Below, piece by piece: positions 63,803-64,000 of a stretch of DNA of 64,000 nt. The DNA is from Candidatus Latescibacterota bacterium. Its GTDB lineage: Bacteria; Latescibacterota; UBA2968; UBA8231. The stretch covers positions 2,048,001-2,112,000 of the forward strand of contig CBDAOB010000004.1 of the NCBI GenBank assembly GCA_965197905.1, read 5' to 3'. How positions within the stretch are numbered: position 1 is the first letter of the stretch; the number at the start of each line of letters is the position of its first letter. The translations under genes and the position numbers were made by a program. Below the pieces are notes generated by a model. That model did not search any database. It had not been told where the DNA came from and was given only the letters and a program-made list of their open reading frames with translations.

Positions 63803-64000
63803 TTGGCACATTCAAGTGAACAGATCAGAAATATTGCCCTCTGCGGCCATAGCGGGGTGGGTAAGACCTCCCTTTCAGAAGCAATGTTGTACAATGTCGG
63901 GGCGATCAATCGCATGGGTACGATCGAGGACGGAACCACCGTTTCCGACTATGATACGGGGGAGATCGAACGGCAAATCTCGCTGAAGATGTCCTTCCTG
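63803..64000 (+). CDS. fusA: Elongation factor G paralogue (EF-G2 type), 3' truncated by the window edge
   Basis: Manual translation from TTG 63803: MAHSSEQIRNIALCGHSGVGKTSLSEAMLYNVGAINRMGTIEDGTTVSDYDTGEIERQISLKMSFL. Confidence 0.88.
   Translation, partial: MAHSSEQIRNIALCGHSGVGKTSLSEAMLYNVGAINRMGTIEDGTTVSDYDTGEIERQISLKMSFL

Overview
Core-chromosome window of a diderm bacterium, most likely Candidatus Latescibacterota or a close FCB-group relative. That placement is inferred from the secreted proteins with FlgD-Ig/T9SS-like C-terminal tails and paired 'FDDFF' EF-hand modules, the mcsA-mcsB-clpC-bamA-skp order and the divergent 16S. Contents in order: partial aquaporin, Gfo/Idh/MocA oxidoreductase, guaB, a heterodimeric ABC exporter, rdgB, a TPR protein, a hidden SelW/Rdx selenoprotein, hisG-hisD-hisB running into a surface-glycan cluster (GT4, YfhO GT-C, flippase, methyltransferase, GT2), two large secreted cohesin/dockerin-like proteins, moaD/moaE, an envelope and housekeeping run (YbbR-like, tsaD, VWA, LTD, ftsK, lolA, S8 protease, frameshifted prfB, lolC/E-lolD, mcsA-mcsB-clpC, bamA, skp), a third giant FN3/dockerin/cohesin protein, pyrB with a putative leader-peptide attenuator, a tiny very basic protein, a GT-C glycosyltransferase, a HEAT protein, a full rRNA operon (16S-tRNA-Ile-23S-5S) and the start of an EF-G paralogue. 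No CRISPR array, transposase, integrase or prophage gene was seen. The best candidate for an undescribed system is a non-cellulosomal cohesin-dockerin surface scaffold, probably secreted and glycosylated, whose genes are the only ones here carrying dense indels. All calls were made by eye without database searches.
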